Numbered from the stretch's first letter, positions 10,977-21,886 are shown. The stretch is DNA of 61,728 nucleotides from Candidatus Desulfaltia bathyphila (GCA_014381545.1 JACNLL010000024.1:1-61728); one strand, 5' to 3'. The notes: generated by a model not told the origin, from the sequence alone. Translations and numbers: made by a program.

Positions 10977-11520
10977 ACAAGATCCTGTTGGTATTTAAAT
11001 CAAAACTCATCGAGTCGGCTGTAAGATTGAGTGAATCACCGACAATTTCCACAGGAACTTTTGAAAAAATAATCCGTTTGGTGTGTTCGTAATTAAGCTT
11101 TTTAGTTTTCAGGCTGTAAGTTTCATTTTGCACAACAACGTTGCCTGTAACCTCTATGTCATTTGAATCTGTTTTCAGAATACCCTGATCAGCCGTCAGA
11201 TAAACCTTTCCTTCATCTTTAAGAAAAAAAGTTACAATAACATCATGGAGATTTGCCTGTTTGGTTGCATTAATATAATATGCTGATTTAGCCTCCAGGC
11301 TCCATTCCTTTATCCCATCACGCGTCGCTGTTTGGTAAACCTTGCTTATTGATATGTTTGCCTTGGTGTTAAGGAATGAAATGAACTTGCCCTCTTTATT
11401 CAAAATTAATCGATAGCCTATAAAAACCGCCGAAATGGCGCCCAGGGAAACAAGAATAATTGTAACTAAAAAAAAATTCAGCCTTTTATTTTTAGTATTT
11501 TTTTTCTTCATAAAAAGCAT
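10930..11520 (-). CDS. lptC: LPS export protein LptC
   Basis: N-terminal TM then KEWSLEAKSA...LTADQG...GNV pattern; operon position. Confidence 0.85.
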   Translation of the reverse strand: MLFMKKKNTKNKRLNFFLVTIILVSLGAISAVFIGYRLILNKEGKFISFLNTKANISISKVYQTATRDGIKEWSLEAKSAYYINATKQANLHDVIVTFFLKDEGKVYLTADQGILKTDSNDIEVTGNVVVQNETYSLKTKKLNYEHTKRIIFSKVPVEIVGDSLNLTADSMSFDLNTNRILFEGRIKGSFSEIITL

Positions 11521-12113
11521 TATTCAAAACGCCTGATAATATTTTCTAAAAGCCCCTGAGCTTTTAATATGGTTTCGCAAACCTCTCTTACAGCGCCAAA
11601 TCCGCCCTTTGCCGATGTAACCATATCGGCTTTTTCCACCAGCTTTTCGTGTGCATCGGCTACGGCAATGGAAAGACCGACCAGTTTCATCAGGGAAAGA
11701 TCGGGCAAATCGTCGCCAATAAATGCGATCTCTTCGGGCAGCACGCCTGTCCGCGTGATGATAGAATCCATAACAGAAGCCTTATCGCCGACTCCGTCGA
11801 ATATATATGAAATGCCAAGATTTTTACACCTGTGCAAAAGCGCCTTTGAAGTTCTTCCTGTTACGACACATACATCTATTCCTGCTTCGATGAGAAGCCT
11901 TATCCCAAGCCCGTCTTTCACATTAAAAACCTTGGTCTCCTCGGCATTGTCATTATAGATTATACTGCCGTCAGTAAGAACTCCATCTACATCAAGAAGC
12001 AACAGTTTAATATGTTTTAGTTTATCTGCAAGCATTGCTTTACGATTCCGATTGAACATCCAAAGCCTTCCTGATAGCTTTGAGCTGAAATAACAGATTA
12101 TAAAGGGAGTCAA
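11520..12113 (-). CDS. kdsC: KDO 8-phosphate phosphatase
   Basis: LDVDGVLTDG, FNVKDGLG, GDDLPD, GGFGAVRE; real start probably 12059 or 12035. Confidence 0.93.
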   Translation of the reverse strand: MTPFIICYFSSKLSGRLWMFNRNRKAMLADKLKHIKLLLLDVDGVLTDGSIIYNDNAEETKVFNVKDGLGIRLLIEAGIDVCVVTGRTSKALLHRCKNLGISYIFDGVGDKASVMDSIITRTGVLPEEIAFIGDDLPDLSLMKLVGLSIAVADAHEKLVEKADMVTSAKGGFGAVREVCETILKAQGLLENIIRRFE

Positions 12114-12927
12114 GCTTTAATGAATTCGGTCCGTCACAAAGCGCCATGTCCGGATCTTTATGAACCTCCATAAATATTCCGTCTGCACCTGCGGCAACCG
12201 CAGCTCTTGCAAGGATCGGCGCAAATTCACGCTGCCCTCCGGAACTTGAACCAGCCCCTCCTGGAAGCTGGATGCTGTGAGTGGCGTCAAAGATTATCGG
12301 CCAGCCTGTATCCTGCATTATCTTTATTCCGCGGAAATCTACAATTAGATTGTTATAGCCGAACATTGTGCCCCGTTCCGTAATCATGATCCGTTTGTTT
12401 CCTGCAGAGGTTATCTTTTTAACAATATTGACAACATCCCAGGGAGCAAGAAGCTGTCCTTTCTTAATATTTACCGGCTTTCCGGCCCCGGCAACCTCTA
12501 AAATAAAATCGGTCTGCCTGCACAAAAAAGCAGGAATCTGTATTATATCCAGTACCTGTGCAGCTCTTTCCACTTCAGTTATTCTGTGAACATCTGAAAG
12601 AATCTTTATGCCGAGTTCTGACTTTATTTGCGCAAGAATTTTAAGCCCATCAACCAGTCCAGGACCCCTGAAAGAATTTATTGATGTGCGGTTGGCCTTG
12701 TCATAGGACGCCTTGAATACAAAGGGAATGCCCAATTCCTGCGTAAGTTCTTTAAGAAATGAAGCTATTTCAAAACTGGTTTCATAATCCTCTATCACAC
12801 ATGGCCCTGAAATAAGCACAAGAGGCTCTCCACGGCCTATTGATATATTACCTGTTTTGACAATATTACCCATAATGAATTTGCTTCCCGTCCTGCTTAA
12901 ATCCACAAAAAAATTTATCTTACACAT
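12040..12927 (-). CDS. kdsA: KDO 8-phosphate synthase
   Basis: GPCVIE, KASYDKANRTS, IPAFLCRQTD, DATHS; likely start 12873. Confidence 0.95.
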   Translation of the reverse strand: MCKINFFVDLSRTGSKFIMGNIVKTGNISIGRGEPLVLISGPCVIEDYETSFEIASFLKELTQELGIPFVFKASYDKANRTSINSFRGPGLVDGLKILAQIKSELGIKILSDVHRITEVERAAQVLDIIQIPAFLCRQTDFILEVAGAGKPVNIKKGQLLAPWDVVNIVKKITSAGNKRIMITERGTMFGYNNLIVDFRGIKIMQDTGWPIIFDATHSIQLPGGAGSSSGGQREFAPILARAAVAAGADGIFMEVHKDPDMALCDGPNSLKLDSLYNLLFQLKAIRKALDVQSES

Positions 12928-13024
12928 GGTTAAAAGTCAAGAAACGAAAACTTTACCTTGATTACACATTTTTTAGCTGTTATGTTTTGTTAATATATTA
13001 AAATTAAGGACAGGATGCAACACA

Positions 13025-14386
13025 TTGAAAACTAAGACAAAATATCACTTTGTCGCTCTAATCTGTTTTATATTGATTGTTCCAATAGCATGGTTTTTCT
13101 CAACTCTATTTGAGGGCGAAAAACCGTCTGTTACTCTGGAACTCCCCTCTTTGTCAATAAAAGCATCTCAAGAGCTTTCCATCTCGGTGTCTGATACTAA
13201 AAGCGGTATGCGAATGGTGTGGATCGGTCTTTATAAAGATGGCAAAGAGGTTGTGCTGCTTGATAAGGACTTTCAGTCACCAGAGTATAAGGGCGGAAAA
13301 ATTCATAAAGAGACCTTTAAAATCAAGATAGAGCCAGGGAAAATAGGAGTTAGCGACGGCAAGGCAATTCTGCGTATTGTTGCGCGGGATTTTTCCTGGC
13401 GTGAATGGTGGCACGGCAATAAAACATATATTGAAAAAAATATAACGATTGACACTATGGCGCCTGAAATAGATATTTTGAGCAGAGTCCACAATATAAG
13501 CCAGGGCGGAGCAGCCCTTGCCATATACAGGCTGTCCGAACCGTGTCCAAAGAGCGGAATATGTGTTGGAAAAAATTTCTTCCCGGGCTATTCAGGATAT
13601 TTTAAAGATCCTGATATCTTCATGGCCTTTTTTGCACTCAGTTACGACAAGGGGCCAAAAACCGAAATTTTTGTTAAAGCAACCGACCGGGCAGGCAACA
13701 ATGCAATAGCCGGATTATCTTATTATATAAAAAAGAAGGATTTTAGAAAAGATGTGATTAACATTTCAGATAAATTTTTAGACTATAAGATGCCGGAATT
13801 CGAAATTGATGCTCCATCAGATTCCAAAACATCCGTGCTGGATAAATTTTTAAGAATAAATCGTAATCTTCGCCAAAACAACCACAAACAGGTAACAGAA
13901 CTGGGGCAAAAAACCGACAACGTGTTATACTGGAACGGGCCATTTCAAAGGCTGCCAAAGTCGGCAAACAGGGCTGGATTTGCTGATCATCGAACATACA
14001 AATACAAAGGACAAATAATCGACCAGCAGGTACACCTTGGCATAGATCTGGCGTCTGTTGCGCATTCGCCGGTGCCTGCATCCAACAGTGGAAAGGTAGT
14101 TTTTACCGGCTATCTTGGTATTTATGGAAAAACCGTCATAATCGATCATGGATTCGGGCTGCTTAGCATGTATTCTCATTTAAGCAGTTATAATGCGCAA
14201 AAGGATCAGCTTGTATCAAAGGGTGAAATTATAGGCCGCACAGGCATGACAGGCCTTGCAGGCGGCGATCATCTGCATTTCGGCATTCTTATCCATAACA
14301 CCTTTGCAAACCCTGTTGAATGGTGGGATGCAACCTGGATAAAAAACAATATTACAGGCAAGATCAATGACGTAAAATCGAGGTAA
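13025..14386 (+). CDS. M23 family metallopeptidase, membrane anchored
   Basis: H.GIDLA, YSHLS, G.TGLAGGDHLHF motifs. Confidence 0.9.
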   Translation: MKTKTKYHFVALICFILIVPIAWFFSTLFEGEKPSVTLELPSLSIKASQELSISVSDTKSGMRMVWIGLYKDGKEVVLLDKDFQSPEYKGGKIHKETFKIKIEPGKIGVSDGKAILRIVARDFSWREWWHGNKTYIEKNITIDTMAPEIDILSRVHNISQGGAALAIYRLSEPCPKSGICVGKNFFPGYSGYFKDPDIFMAFFALSYDKGPKTEIFVKATDRAGNNAIAGLSYYIKKKDFRKDVINISDKFLDYKMPEFEIDAPSDSKTSVLDKFLRINRNLRQNNHKQVTELGQKTDNVLYWNGPFQRLPKSANRAGFADHRTYKYKGQIIDQQVHLGIDLASVAHSPVPASNSGKVVFTGYLGIYGKTVIIDHGFGLLSMYSHLSSYNAQKDQLVSKGEIIGRTGMTGLAGGDHLHFGILIHNTFANPVEWWDATWIKNNITGKINDVKSR

Positions 14387-14399
14387 CAGTTCAGCCGCT

Positions 14400-14520
14400 A
14401 AGGCGCAAAGAATGGAGTTGATTGAGGAATTGAGGAATTGAGGGATTGACGGATTAAAATCAGTAGTCCGCCGCAGGCGGATCAATCCCCAAATTCCTAA
14501 ATTATGAATTATGAATTTTA
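14400..14520. repeat. Intergenic short-period repeat/hairpin element
   Basis: GAGGAATT-type octamer repeats, CCGCCGCAGGCGG hairpin, partly complementary AATTCCT/AATTATG repeats. Confidence 0.55.
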
Positions 14521-14535
14521 AGAGAATTATCAGTA

Positions 14536-15705
14536 ATGAAAAAATATAAAGTCAACAAAACTTATAAGGAAATCAACGAAAAAATCAAATCCGGTAAAGT
14601 AGTTGTGGTTACAGCCGAGGAAATCATCGATATTGTCAAAAATGAAGGCCCGATTGAAGCTGCAAGACATGTTGACGTGGTGACCACAGGAACCTTTGCC
14701 CCCATGTGTTCTTCAGGAGCTTTTATTAATTTCGGGCATTCTGTTCCGGGAATTAAGGCTTCCAAAGTCTGGCTGAACAAGGTGCCAGCATATGCGGGAT
14801 TAGCTGCCATAGACTGCTATATCGGGGCCACGGAACCCTGCGAGGATGATCCGTTAAACAAGGTATACCCGGGTGAATTCAAATACGGAGGTGGCCATGT
14901 AATTCAGGATCTGGTTGCAAAAAAGAAGGTATATTTAAAAGCAACATCTTATGGGACGGCATGCTATCCAAACAGGATGATAGAAAAGGAAATAACTCTG
15001 CGCACCCTTCCTAGCGCAACACTTTGCAACCCAAGAAACGGGTATCAAAATTATAACTGTGCCGTAAATCTTACCAACAAAACTGTTTATACTTATATGG
15101 GCGCTCTTAAACCAAAAGCGGGCAATGCAAACTACTGCTCTGCCGGACAATTAAGCCCTCTTTTTAATGATCCATATTACAAAACCATCGGACTTGGAAC
15201 CAGGATTTTTTTGGGCGGTGGCATTGGGTATGTCACATGGCACGGAACCCAGCACAACCCTTCTGTAAAGAGAACTAAAAGAGGTGTTCCTGTCGCACCT
15301 GCCGGAACATTGTGGGTCATGGGAGACATGAAAACTATGAGTCCGAACTGGCTGGTTGGCGTTAGTCTTCAGGGTTATGGATGTTCGCTGGCCGTAGGTC
15401 TGGGAGTTCCGATTCCGATATTAAACGAAGAAATTGTGCAATACACTGCTATATCTGACAAGGAAATTTTTACCCAGATAGTCGATTATGGACATGATTA
15501 TCCAAATGGTATATCAAAAAGCTACGGCCAGGTTAGTTATGCCGAACTTAAAAGCGGCCATATAAAATTTAACGGGGAGACTGTCCCAACCGTGCCTATT
15601 TCCAGCATTGTAAAGGCTCGTGAGATCGCTGAAATATTAAAGAATTGGATTTCAGATGGTAAATTTACAGTTGGGGAACCGCAGTTTACTCTTCCAAATG
15701 CCTGA
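14536..15705 (+). CDS. Homocysteine biosynthesis protein (DUF39, aspartate-semialdehyde sulfurtransferase family)
   Basis: INEKIKSG..VVVTAEE, VDVVTTGTFAPMCSSGA, NPRNGYQNY, GTRIFLGG. Confidence 0.85.
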   Translation: MKKYKVNKTYKEINEKIKSGKVVVVTAEEIIDIVKNEGPIEAARHVDVVTTGTFAPMCSSGAFINFGHSVPGIKASKVWLNKVPAYAGLAAIDCYIGATEPCEDDPLNKVYPGEFKYGGGHVIQDLVAKKKVYLKATSYGTACYPNRMIEKEITLRTLPSATLCNPRNGYQNYNCAVNLTNKTVYTYMGALKPKAGNANYCSAGQLSPLFNDPYYKTIGLGTRIFLGGGIGYVTWHGTQHNPSVKRTKRGVPVAPAGTLWVMGDMKTMSPNWLVGVSLQGYGCSLAVGLGVPIPILNEEIVQYTAISDKEIFTQIVDYGHDYPNGISKSYGQVSYAELKSGHIKFNGETVPTVPISSIVKAREIAEILKNWISDGKFTVGEPQFTLPNA

Positions 15706-16264
15706 CATCATACGCACTTTCATAGGTTTTGAACTGCCGGAAAAAATAAGGTCTTTCATCGCCAATATCCAGGAAGGCCTGAAGTCTGATGGATTTGATA
15801 CCCGGTGGGTCAGGCCAAAAAACATCCACCTTACACTGAAATTTTTAGGCAATATCAACAAAGACGACACACAAAAGGTCGGCGCAGCAATATTTAAATC
15901 CGCCGCAGATTATGCTCCGATAGCTCTTGCTGTAAAAGGGATCGGCGCCTTTCCCGGCATTAATCGTCCCCGTGTCTTATGGATCGGCATCAGGGGGCAG
16001 ATTGATATGCTTATTCAACTGCAAAAGAGCCTTGACGATAAATTAGAAAAAATCGGTTTTCCAAAAGAGAACAGGCCGTTTAAAGGTCATCTAACGCTGG
16101 CTCGTGTAAAAGGACAGATCAACCAGGCAAAACTTATTAATGCGATAAAAAAATATGGAGAATTTGAGTCGGAATCATTTGTTGCAGATAATATTATTCT
16201 GTTTAAAAGCGATCTGAAATCGACCGGCGCTGTTTACACAAAGCTGATCAGCGTATCATTATAG
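15698..16264 (+). CDS. thpR: RNA 2',3'-cyclic phosphodiesterase
   Basis: HLTLKFLG and HLTLAR 2H motifs; ATG overlaps upstream stop (ATGCCTGA). Confidence 0.92.
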   Translation: MPDIIRTFIGFELPEKIRSFIANIQEGLKSDGFDTRWVRPKNIHLTLKFLGNINKDDTQKVGAAIFKSAADYAPIALAVKGIGAFPGINRPRVLWIGIRGQIDMLIQLQKSLDDKLEKIGFPKENRPFKGHLTLARVKGQINQAKLINAIKKYGEFESESFVADNIILFKSDLKSTGAVYTKLISVSL

Positions 16265-16308
16265 TAAAACCGATCACTTTAGATAAAAATATATTTTGGG
16301 AGGATATT

Positions 16309-17343
16309 ATGAGCATTTCACCGGACAAAGAAAAAGCCGCGGAAACCGCCATGGCTCAGATTGAACGTCAGTTCGGCAAAGGTTCTATTATGAAGTTAGG
16401 CAGCCAGCCGATTATTGATGTTCCGGTAATACCGACCGGCTCCCTTGCGCTTGATAAGGCGCTGGGCGTAGGAGGACTGCCAAGGGGCAGGGTCACAGAG
16501 GTTTTTGGCCCGGAGTCAGGCGGCAAAACAACTTTAACCCTTCATATTATTTCAGAAGCTCAGAAACGGGGCGGCATTGCCGCATTTATAGATGCTGAGC
16601 ATGCTCTTGATGTCGGGTATGCAAAAAAGCTTGGCGTAAATTGTGACGAGCTTTTACTTGCGCAGCCTGATACAGGTGAACAGGCGCTTGAAATAACCGA
16701 TATGCTGGTTAGAAGCGGAGCAATAGATATCATAGTTATAGACTCGGTTGCAGCGCTTGTTCCCAGAGCGGAAATCGAAGGGGAGATGGGTGATTCTCAC
16801 ATGGGGCTTCAGGCCAGGCTCATGTCGCAGGCGCTTAGAAAGCTGACCGCTTCAATAAACAAAACCATGACATCGGTTATCTTTATTAACCAGATGCGCA
16901 TGAAAATAGGTGTGGTATTCGGCAATCCTGAAACAACTACCGGTGGGAATGCCCTCAAGTTTTACTCATCTGTAAGACTCGATATCAGACGCATCGGCGC
17001 TATAAAAGACGGCCAGGATATTGTGGGAAACCGCACAAGGGTGCGCGTTGTAAAAAACAAGATGGCGCCTCCTTTCAAGGACGCTGAATTTGACATTATG
17101 TATGGTGAAGGCATATCAAAAGCAGGCGACCTTATTGACGCAGGTGTTGAAGCCGGCATAATTAACAAAAGCGGGTCATGGTATTCATACAAAGGTGAAC
17201 GGATAGGCCAGGGTCGTGAAAATGTGAAAAAATTCTTAAGCGAAAATCCGGATATTTATAATTCCGCTTTGAAACAAGTTAGAGAAAAACTGGGTCTTTC
17301 GCAAAAGGAAGAAAGCAAAGAGACAGGGGGCAGTAGTGGTTAG
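16309..17343 (+). CDS. recA: Recombinase A
   Basis: GPESGGKTT Walker [23 protein letters not shown]. Confidence 0.98.
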   Translation: MSISPDKEKAAETAMAQIERQFGKGSIMKLGSQPIIDVPVIPTGSLALDKALGVGGLPRGRVTEVFGPESGGKTTLTLHIISEAQKRGGIAAFIDAEHALDVGYAKKLGVNCDELLLAQPDTGEQALEITDMLVRSGAIDIIVIDSVAALVPRAEIEGEMGDSHMGLQARLMSQALRKLTASINKTMTSVIFINQMRMKIGVVFGNPETTTGGNALKFYSSVRLDIRRIGAIKDGQDIVGNRTRVRVVKNKMAPPFKDAEFDIMYGEGISKAGDLIDAGVEAGIINKSGSWYSYKGERIGQGRENVKKFLSENPDIYNSALKQVREKLGLSQKEESKETGGSSG

Positions 17344-17377
17344 TGATCAGTAACCAGCAACGAGCAACCAGCAACTC

Positions 17378-20023
17378 ATGAAAATGACGGGCGATGAAAT
17401 ACGAAATAAATTCCTTGAATATTTTAAAAAGCATAATCATCGGATTATAAGAAGTTCTTCCCTTGTTCCTTCAGATGATCCTACATTGCTGTTTACCAAT
17501 GCAGGGATGGTCCAGTTTAAGCGCACCTTCTTGGGCGAAGAAAAAAGAAGTTATGTAAGGGCTGCTACATCACAGAAATGCGTGCGCGCAGGCGGGAAAC
17601 ATAACGACCTGGAAAATGTGGGTTATACTGCCCGGCATCATACCTTTTTCGAGATGTTAGGAAACTTTTCCTTTGGCGATTATTTCAAGGAAAAAGGGAT
17701 TGAGTTTGCCTGGGATCTGCTTGTAAACGGATATAACCTGCCGACAGAAGACCTGTGGGTTTCGATCTATCTTGATGACGATGAGGCATATAATATCTGG
17801 CGTAAAAATATCGGCGTGTCAGAAGACCGGATTGTGCGCTTTGGAAAAAAGGATAATTTCTGGTCAATGGGAGATACAGGCCCATGCGGCCCTTGCAGCG
17901 AAATACTTATCGACAGGGGAGAAGAATTTAGTTGCAACAGTCCTGATTGCAAGGTGGGATGCAAATGCAACAGATACCTTGAAATCTGGAACCTTGTTTT
18001 CATGCAGTATAGCCGCGACGCCTCAGGAAAGATGACCCCACTTCCAAGACCAAGCATCGACACCGGCATGGGTCTCGAACGGATAGCCTCTCTTGTGCAG
18101 AATGTGCCCACAAACTTTGACACCGATCTTATCCTGCCCATTATAAAAAAAATCGAAACCCTTTCTGAAAAGAGGCTCGGAGAGTCATCTCAAACCGATA
18201 TTGCCATGAAAGTAATTGCCGATCATAGCAGGGCCTCGGCATTTCTCATAGGTGACGGAATACTTCCCTCAAATGAAGGAAGAGGATATGTGCTGCGCCG
18301 CATCATGCGCAGGGCCATACGTTACGGACGCAATATTGGGCTTGACAAGCCATTTCTTCATGAAACAGCAGAAGTGGTATTTGATATAATGAAACCGGCC
18401 TACCCCGAGCTTTCAGATGCCGCAGATTTTATTACAAGTGTTATAAAAAATGAAGAGGTCAGATTTTCTGAAACTTTAGACAATGGCCTAAAACTCTTAA
18501 ACGACAGTCTATCAGATATACAGGCAAAAAACTTAAAGGAAGTGCCGGGTCATATGATATTTAAACTATATGATACATACGGATTCCCGGTTGATATCAT
18601 AAAAGATGTTGTCAGAGACAAGGGCATGACTCTTGACATAACAGGCTTTAACGAAGCCATGGAAATACAGCGAACAAAATCAAGATCTGTCACGACATTT
18701 TCAGGTGTAAGCGATGCATATAAAAAGCTTTCCGCTAAAGGCATTAAATCCGGGTTTGTCGGTTACGACACTTTATCATGCACCTCAAAGGTTCTGGTTA
18801 TGGTTGAAAACGGAAATGAGGTTGTTGAAGCCGGACCTGGAACCGATATTGAAATTGTAACCGATATCACACCTTTTTATGCTGAGTCCGGTGGACAGGC
18901 CGGTGATACAGGAAAGATAACCGGCGGAAATGACAATCAGGGCGTTGACGTGGCCATCACTAGCACAATTAAAGATTCAACGGGCATTATAATCCATAAA
19001 GGCAAAATCATTTCAGGGCATATAAAAAAGGGGGAAGAAGTAACCCTGTCTGTTGATAAAACCCGGCGCAATGCAACCGCCTGCAACCATACAGCCACGC
19101 ATATTCTCCATTATGCCCTGCGTAATGTCCTTGGCGCCCATGTAAAACAGGCGGGCTCACTTGTAGCGCCCGACAGATTCCGCTTTGATTTTACCCATTT
19201 TTCTCAGGTTGACGGCGATGCCTTAAATAGAATTGAAACCCTTGTAAACAACCGGATACGCGAAAATGTTTTGGTTGAAATTAAAGAAATGGATGCTGAA
19301 GAAGCATTCAAATCAGGGGCCATGGCCCTTTTTGAAGAAAAATATGGAGACCGGGTCAGGGTTGTTTCCCTTGCATCTTTCAGCAAGGAACTCTGCGGAG
19401 GAACTCATACCGGCCGCACCGGCGATATCGGCCTTTTCAAGATAACCGGAGAATCCAGCGTGGCATCGGGAATAAGAAGGATCGAAGCCCTGACAGGCGA
19501 AGCAGCGCTTGAATATATCCAGAAGACTTCAAAGATAGTTCAGGAAACAGCCCGTTTGATTAAAGAAAAACCGGAAGATATTGCGAAAAGGGTTGATAAA
19601 ATATTAACCGGCTATAAGTCCATTGAGAAAGAAATGGAAAAGCTCAAAGCAAATCTTGCCGCAGCAAAAGCAGGAGGGACTGAAGAAGATATTCGCTCCA
19701 TAAACGGTGTAAAAATCCTGGCAAAAAAAGTCGCGGTTGATAAACCCGCGGCGCTTAGAGAGCTGGCCGACAGGCTTAAGGAAAAGATAAAATCCGGCAT
19801 TGTCGTGCTTGGAAGTGTATCAGGGTCAAAGGTACTGCTTATCGTAGTTGTAACAAAGGATTTAACGAACCGTTTCAATGCAGGAAGCATTGTAAAACAG
19901 GTTGCAGCCATAGTCGGCGGAGGCGGAGGCGGAAGACCAGATATGGCGCAAGCCGGCGGCACAATGCCCGAAAAACTTGATCAGGCCCTTGAAAAGGCAT
20001 ACGAAATCGTGGAGAAAATGTAA
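17378..20023 (+). CDS. alaS: Alanine--tRNA ligase
   Basis: DPTLLFTNAGM, RHHTFFEMLGNFSFGDYFK, HTATH and ELCGGTH editing motifs, DHHA1 C-terminus. Confidence 0.98.
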   Translation: MKMTGDEIRNKFLEYFKKHNHRIIRSSSLVPSDDPTLLFTNAGMVQFKRTFLGEEKRSYVRAATSQKCVRAGGKHNDLENVGYTARHHTFFEMLGNFSFGDYFKEKGIEFAWDLLVNGYNLPTEDLWVSIYLDDDEAYNIWRKNIGVSEDRIVRFGKKDNFWSMGDTGPCGPCSEILIDRGEEFSCNSPDCKVGCKCNRYLEIWNLVFMQYSRDASGKMTPLPRPSIDTGMGLERIASLVQNVPTNFDTDLILPIIKKIETLSEKRLGESSQTDIAMKVIADHSRASAFLIGDGILPSNEGRGYVLRRIMRRAIRYGRNIGLDKPFLHETAEVVFDIMKPAYPELSDAADFITSVIKNEEVRFSETLDNGLKLLNDSLSDIQAKNLKEVPGHMIFKLYDTYGFPVDIIKDVVRDKGMTLDITGFNEAMEIQRTKSRSVTTFSGVSDAYKKLSAKGIKSGFVGYDTLSCTSKVLVMVENGNEVVEAGPGTDIEIVTDITPFYAESGGQAGDTGKITGGNDNQGVDVAITSTIKDSTGIIIHKGKIISGHIKKGEEVTLSVDKTRRNATACNHTATHILHYALRNVLGAHVKQAGSLVAPDRFRFDFTHFSQVDGDALNRIETLVNNRIRENVLVEIKEMDAEEAFKSGAMALFEEKYGDRVRVVSLASFSKELCGGTHTGRTGDIGLFKITGESSVASGIRRIEALTGEAALEYIQKTSKIVQETARLIKEKPEDIAKRVDKILTGYKSIEKEMEKLKANLAAAKAGGTEEDIRSINGVKILAKKVAVDKPAALRELADRLKEKIKSGIVVLGSVSGSKVLLIVVVTKDLTNRFNAGSIVKQVAAIVGGGGGGRPDMAQAGGTMPEKLDQALEKAYEIVEKM

Positions 20024-20242
20024 AATTATTTAACTCCTTAATTAATAAATACAAATCTTCTTGGCACAAGATTGATTTGTAGCGATTTTGCCTCCGGCTC
20101 GTAGAGCCTACGCCTTGGAGAGAAATAACTGAATATATCATATCGTTATCACACCAAAAATTGATAAAGCAATCTTTCAAACAATTTTTATAGACCATTG
20201 GGATTCTTTTAAGAAAAATCATCTTTCTGCTTTAAAATTGGC

Positions 20243-20271
20243 TTGACGTCTATCCATATTTTGCGTAAAAT
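20243..20271 (+). promoter_or_regulatory. sigma70-type promoter
   Basis: TTGACG - 17 bp - TAAAAT, about 10 bp upstream of ATG 20282. Confidence 0.6.
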
Positions 20272-20281
20272 GGAGAGCATA

Positions 20282-21544
20282 ATGTCCGTTTTTAAAGAAA
20301 GGGAAATAGCCGGTTTTGCCTTTTCGGATGAGTGGCTGGGCAATACCATGCTTTTCATTGCCGGTCCGCGCCAGTGCGGAAAGACTTCGTTGGCCCGCAA
20401 GTTCCTGAAAGAAAAAGGTTGTTCGCCTCTATATTATAACTGGGATATTGAAAAGGTCAGGACCAGGTATCGGAAGGATCCGGATTTTTTTGTCAAAGAA
20501 GCATCGCTGTTACGAATTGAAAAACCTTATGTGGTCCTTGACGAAATTCACAAGATGACCCGCTGGAAAAATATCCTTAAAGGCATCTACGATGAATATC
20601 AGCATCTGATCAGCCTCATTGTGACAGGCAGCGCCCGTCTTGACCTTTTCCGAAGAAGCGGAGATTCTCTAATAGGGCGATACACCATGGCGCATTTATT
20701 TCCTTTTTCGCTGAGGGAATGGGCCGGCAATATCAATGACATGCCCTCCTCCTGGCTATACGAAGATGGCGACTGGAAAAATATGGCAAAGACCTTCGAT
20801 GTTAAGTTAGCCGAATCTCCGCCTGTTTCAAAAGAGCTGGCAGAGTCCTACTACAGGTTCGGACCTTTTCCTGCCCCACTTATTTCCGGATCTGAAAAGC
20901 GATCCCGGAAATGGCACAGAGATTATATCACACTTCTAATAAGAGAGGATCTGCGCGATCTGTCCGGTATTCGAGAACTCGACCGTGTTTCTCATCTGGT
21001 GGAATTGCTTCCCGGCCGAGTGGGATCACTCCTTTCCCTTCGAAGTTTGGGAGAGGATCTTGGAGCCAACCATTCTACTGTAAAAAACTGGCTTGAAGCG
21101 TTGCGCAAACTCTATCTAATTTGGCCTCTTCGTCCGTACACGGGGAAACTACATCGCACTCTCCGGAAAGAGCCCAAATGGTATTTTCTGGATTGGACCT
21201 TTGCCGGCAGCGAAAGCAGCCGGTTTGAAAACCTGATTGCAAGCGCATTATACCGGTTTGTCACCAGCCTTAATGATCGGGGTTGGCCGGAAGTGAAGCT
21301 TCATTTTGTGAGAACATACGATAAGAAAGAGATCGATTTCATACTTACCGTAAACGAAAAACCTATTCTGGCGATTGAAGCCAAACTGGCTGATGCAAAA
21401 TTTTCACCTCAACCCAGAAGGTTTCGCGAAGCTGTGGATGGAAAATTTCCTATATTGCAGGTAGTTAGTCAGCCAGGGATTTTTCTGAAAAAGGGGTCTG
21501 GTGAATATCTGGTCGGTTATGACAGGTTGCTGATGGCGCTTTAG
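20282..21544 (+). CDS. AAA_14 ATPase with DUF4143 C-terminal domain
   Basis: GPRQCGKT Walker A, LDEIHK Walker B, TGSARLD, K.YFLD, FENL and KEIDF...AIEAK nuclease-like tail. Confidence 0.88.
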   Translation: MSVFKEREIAGFAFSDEWLGNTMLFIAGPRQCGKTSLARKFLKEKGCSPLYYNWDIEKVRTRYRKDPDFFVKEASLLRIEKPYVVLDEIHKMTRWKNILKGIYDEYQHLISLIVTGSARLDLFRRSGDSLIGRYTMAHLFPFSLREWAGNINDMPSSWLYEDGDWKNMAKTFDVKLAESPPVSKELAESYYRFGPFPAPLISGSEKRSRKWHRDYITLLIREDLRDLSGIRELDRVSHLVELLPGRVGSLLSLRSLGEDLGANHSTVKNWLEALRKLYLIWPLRPYTGKLHRTLRKEPKWYFLDWTFAGSESSRFENLIASALYRFVTSLNDRGWPEVKLHFVRTYDKKEIDFILTVNEKPILAIEAKLADAKFSPQPRRFREAVDGKFPILQVVSQPGIFLKKGSGEYLVGYDRLLMAL

Positions 21545-21616
21545 CGGATTGGCTCCGAACCTTGACAAAACTTGTGCTATCTTATACAAATTATTAATAA
21601 AATCGTTCAATTGTCG

Positions 21617-21874
21617 GCTGATAGATTGAAGGAAAAGATAAAATCCGGTATTGTCGTGTTTGGAAGTGTATCAGGGTCAAAAGTACTGCTTATCACGGTA
21701 GTCACAAAGGATTTAACAAAGCGTTTTAATGCAGGAAGCATTGTAAAACAGGTTGCGGCCATACTCGGCGGAGGCGGGGGCAGAAGGCCTGATATGGCGC
21801 AAGCCGGCGGCACAATGCCCGAAAAACTGGATCAGGCGCTTGAAAAGACATACGAAATCGTGGCGAAAATGTGA
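21617..21874 (+). pseudogene. Duplicated 3' end of alaS (DHHA1 segment)
   Basis: 258-bp direct repeat of 19766-20023; 27 mismatches by hand alignment (~90% identity); no proper start. Confidence 0.92.
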
Positions 21875-21886
21875 GATTTTATCCGG

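Noticed and set aside
21572-21874. 100-aa ORF as an independent DHHA1 gene
   Set aside because: It is the duplicated alaS tail with a non-homologous, RBS-less 5' extension
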